Sequence record: PP968062.1
Source: Pseudomonas phage HPP-Temi
Reading direction: 5' to 3' (one strand)
Length of the DNA stretch: 64,000 nt
The position numbers and the translations under genes were made by a program. Below are positions 59,872 to 64,000 of the stretch, one piece after another. Positions within the stretch are counted from its first letter, which is position 1. Every line of letters starts with the position of its first letter. The notes beneath the pieces are model-generated. The model had not been told where the DNA came from, did no database searches, and worked only from the letters and a program-made list of their open reading frames with translations.

Positions 59872-62372
59872 TATACAACTTCCTCAAGTTCAACGCGCAT
59901 CAGACCGGATGTGTTAGATACGGAGTTAGCGGCGTCGCAGTTATACCAACTATTGCCATTCTTGACGGTGTAAGTGTTTACAGCGTCGGCATCGTCAGCT
60001 TTATAGGTGAAGTTCAGAGAGCCGCTGGCACCTTTCGACAGGTTAGAGCAACGCAACTTACCAGTCATGGTCACGGTGGTACCAATAGCACCTTCACGGT
60101 TAGGGAAAGCAGCAATAGACATGGTACGCAGAACGAAACCACCGATGGTGTATTCACCACCAGACTTCAGTGCGTTGACAGCAACACCAGCAAGGCCTTT
60201 ACCCGATACACCAGCAAAGTTGAAGATACCCTTGGCATCGTTATCATGAACGAGCAGGGTACGTGTCCATACTTTCTTGGCTGCATCACCAACCCATGCC
60301 GCAGCATCCCAATTTCCGCCAGGAGCATCCATCGAAGGTGCTTCAGCCAGAGACTGAGTAGAGGTGATGGTGATGGTGTGACGCTGAACAACAGTACCTG
60401 CATTACCACCGGAGCGCAGACGAGCAGCCGGAGTAGTGACAGTCAGTTCCGGAGCAACGTTAGCGATCTTAACGATCGTGGACGCAGTTGCGGAGCTACC
60501 GTTGGCAGCACGTTGTGCAGTGATAGTCAGGTTGTTAGTCAGGTCATTGTAATCACCTGCCAGATAGCTAACAGTTTTAGCTGCTTCTACTTGGGTCGGA
60601 TTGGTTACAGTCAGCTGACCATTTGCCGAGGTGTAAGTAGCGCTGGAAGCGTTAGTTACAGTGTTCGCTACGGTTGCATCTTCACCAGCTTTGACGGCTT
60701 GTTGGCCAGCCGGGTAAGTTACAGTACCGAAGGAGATAGTCGGCTTCAGGTTGTTCAGCTTAACGACGTTAACTTTCTCAACAGTACCAGCCACATCGGA
60801 CTTATACCAAGCAGAGAAGCTACCGGAAGCTTTCTTAACACGGATGCTGAACGGATGGTTGGCAGCGGTGTTACCACGGTCGGCAATAACCAGACCAGTA
60901 ACGTTGTGCGTCTTACCGGCAGTCAGAGTACCAGTCTTAGCAACGAATGCACCTTCATCACGGATTTCATAACCAACAACATCTTGGTCAGAAGTAAAGG
61001 TGATGGACATTACGTCACCGGCTTTCAGTTCGGTCTGTGCACCCGGATAGTTACCAGTGAAGGTAGCGGCAGTGATTACAGGAGCAGAATCCATAGTCAC
61101 GTTAGCAGCAGCCTTAGCGCCGTCTTCGTGAGTAGCTTCTACTTTAACCGGATCTGCGCCAACCGGAGCCGGCAGATTGACAGTTGCTTCACCAGTCCAC
61201 ATCGGAGCATTAGCGCCGGCGGTCAGTGCAACATCAACACCGTTTACTTTAACAACCGGACGATAGTTGGTGTGGCCAGTGATAGCAGCGACTTTTACCT
61301 TAACGTCACGAGTGGACGAGGAGCACTGTACCAGGGAGAAGCCATCAGCCGACTTAACTTTGTCGCCAACGTTGTCAGCAGCGTTTACCGGAGTGATGTC
61401 AGTGATGAATACACCACCGTTAACGCCTTTCGGTTCAGCCAGGGATTTGTTGAACTCTTCTTCAGTACCGATGAAGCCACCGTCTACAGCGGATTCATAT
61501 GCCGACTTACCATTAGCACCTTCAAGGCTTTCCAGCCATTGTTCTTCAGTGCCCACAAAGCCGCCATCTTTAGCGATCTGATAAGCGGACTTACCATCAG
61601 CGCCGTGAAGGCTTTCGAGATATTCAGCTTCGGTGCCTTGGAAACCAGCATCAACTGCCAGTTCATAAGCGGACTTGCCGTCAGCACCATCAACACCGTC
61701 ATCACCTTTGGTGCCGTCAACGCCATGTAGGGATTCCAGGTACTCAGCTTCGGTACCAGTGAAACCACCTTCTACTGCGAGAGCATAGGCAGACTTACCA
61801 TCGGTGCCAGTATCACCCTTATCGCCTTTGTCCCCTTTATCACCGGTGTCGCCTTTCTCACCTTTCAGCGAGGCAACGAACTCAGCTTCGGTACCAGTGA
61901 AACCGGTATCCAGGGCGGATTGATAAGCAGATTTACCAACGAGAGTTGCAAGGAATTCTTGTTCAGTGCCGGTGTAGCCATTATCAACAGCTACTTCATA
62001 GATGGATTTACCTACGGCACCATCTTTACCGTCATCGCCCTTGAGGGAAGCGAGGAATTCGTCTTCGGTACCTACGAAACCTTGCTGGAGAGCAAGCTGA
62101 TAAATACCTTGACCTTTCAGGCTTTCGAGCCACTGTTGTTCAGTGCCAACGAAACCATTCTTAACAGCAACCTCGTAGGCCGAGAGACCTTCGTTGTTGC
62201 GGATCTTGGAGACCATGAGACGGAAGTTCTTATAAGAACCATCGGGCTCACGACGAATAACTTCTACAAACTCTTCACCAGTGATGGTGTTAAGAGGCTG
62301 CATTCCGGAAATCATGCCCGGACTGGATTTAATGGCCATTACGTATTCCTTTGTTGGAGAGAGTCTTCGCAA
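59871..62372 (-). CDS. tail fibre protein (833 aa) with about 8 tandem 24-aa repeats and short collagen-like linkers
   Basis: Repeats SAYEVAVKNGFVGTEQQWLESLKG, SAYELAVDAGFQGTEAEYLESLHG and others, separated by GDKGDKGDKGDTG. Its TAA overlaps the ATG of the downstream fibre gene. Confidence 0.8.
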   Translation of the reverse strand: MRRLSPTKEYVMAIKSSPGMISGMQPLNTITGEEFVEVIRREPDGSYKNFRLMVSKIRNNEGLSAYEVAVKNGFVGTEQQWLESLKGQGIYQLALQQGFVGTEDEFLASLKGDDGKDGAVGKSIYEVAVDNGYTGTEQEFLATLVGKSAYQSALDTGFTGTEAEFVASLKGEKGDTGDKGDKGDKGDTGTDGKSAYALAVEGGFTGTEAEYLESLHGVDGTKGDDGVDGADGKSAYELAVDAGFQGTEAEYLESLHGADGKSAYQIAKDGGFVGTEEQWLESLEGANGKSAYESAVDGGFIGTEEEFNKSLAEPKGVNGGVFITDITPVNAADNVGDKVKSADGFSLVQCSSSTRDVKVKVAAITGHTNYRPVVKVNGVDVALTAGANAPMWTGEATVNLPAPVGADPVKVEATHEDGAKAAANVTMDSAPVITAATFTGNYPGAQTELKAGDVMSITFTSDQDVVGYEIRDEGAFVAKTGTLTAGKTHNVTGLVIADRGNTAANHPFSIRVKKASGSFSAWYKSDVAGTVEKVNVVKLNNLKPTISFGTVTYPAGQQAVKAGEDATVANTVTNASSATYTSANGQLTVTNPTQVEAAKTVSYLAGDYNDLTNNLTITAQRAANGSSATASTIVKIANVAPELTVTTPAARLRSGGNAGTVVQRHTITITSTQSLAEAPSMDAPGGNWDAAAWVGDAAKKVWTRTLLVHDNDAKGIFNFAGVSGKGLAGVAVNALKSGGEYTIGGFVLRTMSIAAFPNREGAIGTTVTMTGKLRCSNLSKGASGSLNFTYKADDADAVNTYTVKNGNSWYNCDAANSVSNTSGLMRVELEEVV

Positions 62373-62432
62373 CTACTCGTGCACGTCTTAAAAGGAAAAT
62401 AAGACTCATAGAGTAGTGTATTATTTCAGCAA

Positions 62433-62464
62433 CATAAAGGAGTCCCTAATGGGACTCCAGTATG
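62433..62464. terminator. hairpin terminator (CATAAAG family)
   Basis: cataaa-ggagtccc-taat-gggactcc-agtatg. It has the same stem as the terminator at 5304. Confidence 0.55.
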
Positions 62465-62504
62465 CCTTTTAGAGAGCATCTATCTGGAGTTGCGACTACG
62501 AAAC

Positions 62505-63521
62505 TTATGCCACTACGGCTGGGTCGAGTTTCCAAGCACCGGTATCATCTTTAGTGAAACCAATTTGTGCCAGGAGAGCATGGACGCCCTTAGAGGTAGC
62601 AAAGCCTTCGTCATCGAGACCTTCGATGACAGTAGCTTCATCAGCTTTAGTCGGGATTTCCAGATCAGGGAGTTGTTCTGCTTTCAGCTTGCCGTTCTCA
62701 TCGAGATCGGCTTTAGCTGCGAGAGCATCAACAAGTCCAGTAACCTTATCAACGGCAATACCAGCGTCAATGATGGCTTGAACTTCATCGGCGTTAAGAC
62801 CGCCAACTTGTGCACCACCCAGAGTTACGCCATCATGCAGATAGAGCTTCTTGTGTTCCAGGTCAATGAAGAACGTACCCTCAGCACCTTTGTGCGCAGC
62901 TGCTTCTAGAGCAGAACCACGACGGTGTTGAAGGAGTAGTTTAGCCACAGCATCAGCGCGACCTTCTTCAAACGAAACTACTTTACCGTCTTCAGAAACA
63001 ACAACACCAATTTGTTGCAGAGTTGCCATTACAGCGCTCGGAACGTCTTTGGTGTAAATCTTACGATCCAGTTCTTTCTTCTGTTGACGGGAGATCGGTT
63101 TGTCTGCGTCGGCAGTGTTATCGACCTTGTCAAGTTTCGCAAACGAGAGATCCAGAATCTTCCACTCAGGAAGACCAATCTCGTTTACGGTCAGAACCAT
63201 GCCTTTGTCCTCAGGGAGGATTTCGAACAGGGGAGCGGTAGCAGCAGACCACTGGGCCTCGGTACCTTCGTAACCTTGTTCTACGGCAGTTTGATAAGCT
63301 GACTTACCAACAAGGGATTTCAACCACTCTTCTTCAGTACCAGTGAAACCACCTTTGACGGCGCCGTCAAAAGCAGAAGCACCTACACGTAGCTTATCAG
63401 CAAGTACACGGAAGTTCTTGAAAGAACCGTCGGCATTGCGAGCAACAACCTCTACGAACTCCTGCCCAGTTAGTGCAGACAGGAGGTCGAGTTCAGAAAC
63501 CTTTTTCTTTTCATCAGCCAT
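62505..63521 (-). CDS. tail fibre-related protein (338 aa) with two copies of the 24-aa repeat
   Basis: SAFDGAVKGGFTGTEEEWLKSLVG and SAYQTAVEQGYEGTEAQWSAATAP. Confidence 0.65.
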   Translation of the reverse strand: MADEKKKVSELDLLSALTGQEFVEVVARNADGSFKNFRVLADKLRVGASAFDGAVKGGFTGTEEEWLKSLVGKSAYQTAVEQGYEGTEAQWSAATAPLFEILPEDKGMVLTVNEIGLPEWKILDLSFAKLDKVDNTADADKPISRQQKKELDRKIYTKDVPSAVMATLQQIGVVVSEDGKVVSFEEGRADAVAKLLLQHRRGSALEAAAHKGAEGTFFIDLEHKKLYLHDGVTLGGAQVGGLNADEVQAIIDAGIAVDKVTGLVDALAAKADLDENGKLKAEQLPDLEIPTKADEATVIEGLDDEGFATSKGVHALLAQIGFTKDDTGAWKLDPAVVA

Positions 63522-63655
63522 CTTAGATGTCCTTCAGGGTTGGCTGCGTTACACTTATTCTTTTAACCCAATGACACCACCTCCAAACCTGGGGAAGTAT
63601 CAGGTTAACGAAATCCTTCTCTTAGTGTTACCACTGATAAAAGAACAGGTGGACG

Positions 63656-64000
63656 CTAAGCCCGATGTTTCGAAACTTTATCTTCGAACAACTTGTAGAT
63701 CTCAGCTAGGGTACGAGGTACACCTTTATTGCTAAAGATCGACGGGTTTGCTTTAGCCGGTTTCGGGAATAGAACTTCACCTAGAGTTTTCTGGTCTGCG
63801 GAAAGGAACTTCTTAGCGCCGGAGGCACCGAGGAAGTGAGCGAGGTATAGATCGGTATCAGTCGGCTCGCGATCGAGCACAGGACGCAATACAGACGCAT
63901 TACCTTTGAGGAACTCTGCGCCCATGAGAGCATTGACACGAGGATCTTTACGGAGAGCCCTAGTGGGGTCTTTTGGGATTCCGTATTTAGAACCATGTGC
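63656..64000 (-). CDS. SLT/lytic-transglycosylase-domain protein, 3' part only (probable endolysin); gene continues beyond the window
   Basis: The frame is open to nt 64000. [31 protein letters not shown]...[16 protein letters not shown]...[19 protein letters not shown] is closely paralogous to the SLT segment of the 2255-aa protein. Confidence 0.7.
   Translation of the reverse strand, partial: AHGSKYGIPKDPTRALRKDPRVNALMGAEFLKGNASVLRPVLDREPTDTDLYLAHFLGASGAKKFLSADQKTLGEVLFPKPAKANPSIFSNKGVPRTLAEIYKLFEDKVSKHRA

Noticed and set aside
57499-61730. Several 150-625-aa plus-strand ORFs antisense to the tail-fibre genes.
   Set aside because: They are artefacts of the GDK/GTE repeat DNA, where the complement of GGT-GAC-AAA stays open. 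The minus-strand products have coherent collagen-like and fibre-repeat architecture.
1-64000. tRNA genes, which are common in jumbo phages.
   Set aside because: No T-loop-like GGTTCGAATCC or cloverleaf-sized conserved elements were found in any intergenic gap. All gaps are shorter than 190 nt and are occupied by terminator hairpins or AT-rich promoter-like sequence.

Overview
This window reads as a densely coded, mostly leftward-transcribed segment of a large tailed phage that resembles the phiKZ-like jumbo phages; it contains no rRNA, tRNA or CRISPR array. The ribosome-binding sites (AAGGAAA/GGAG) and the lipobox point to a Gram-negative, enterobacterial-type host.

Main recognisable content:
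- A 2255-aa virion protein with a C-terminal lytic-transglycosylase (SLT) domain, comparable to phiKZ gp181 as I recall it. A second, paralogous SLT domain sits in a gene truncated by the window end and is probably the endolysin.
- A split multi-subunit RNA polymerase transcribed divergently from that gene: a 550-aa beta-prime N-terminal-like subunit carrying the DFDGD catalytic motif, followed by a beta-like subunit of about 1455 aa.
- The beta-like gene appears to be interrupted by an ORF-less group I intron of about 340 nt in which all four conserved core elements (P, Q, R, S) are readable.
- A tail-fibre module of three genes built from collagen-like GDK triplets and a tandem motif of about 24 aa (SAYExAVxxGFxGTExEWLxSLxG).
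- A PAAR spike-tip protein directly after a putative beta-helical spike-like protein, which suggests a puncturing device.
- Several recognisable enzymes: an SbcC/Rad50-like ATPase, a UvsX/RecA-like recombinase, an RNase HI fused to a 300-aa C-terminal extension, a DEDDh 3'-5' exonuclease, and a thymidylate kinase with a 140-aa C-terminal extension.
- A membrane-protein plus lipoprotein pair and many small hypothetical early-type genes.

At the DNA level there are two non-coding signals. One is a family of about 20 intergenic GC-rich hairpins, many flanked by the near-palindrome CATAAAG...CTTTATG; I read these as bidirectional terminators. The other is a 12-mer, TTTGTAATATAG, present three times.

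All functional calls rest on motifs read by eye, not on database searches. Small-feature coordinates are good to about ±2 nt. At two places the displayed sequence and the ORF track disagreed by one nucleotide (near 43507 and 48099); I followed the ORF track.
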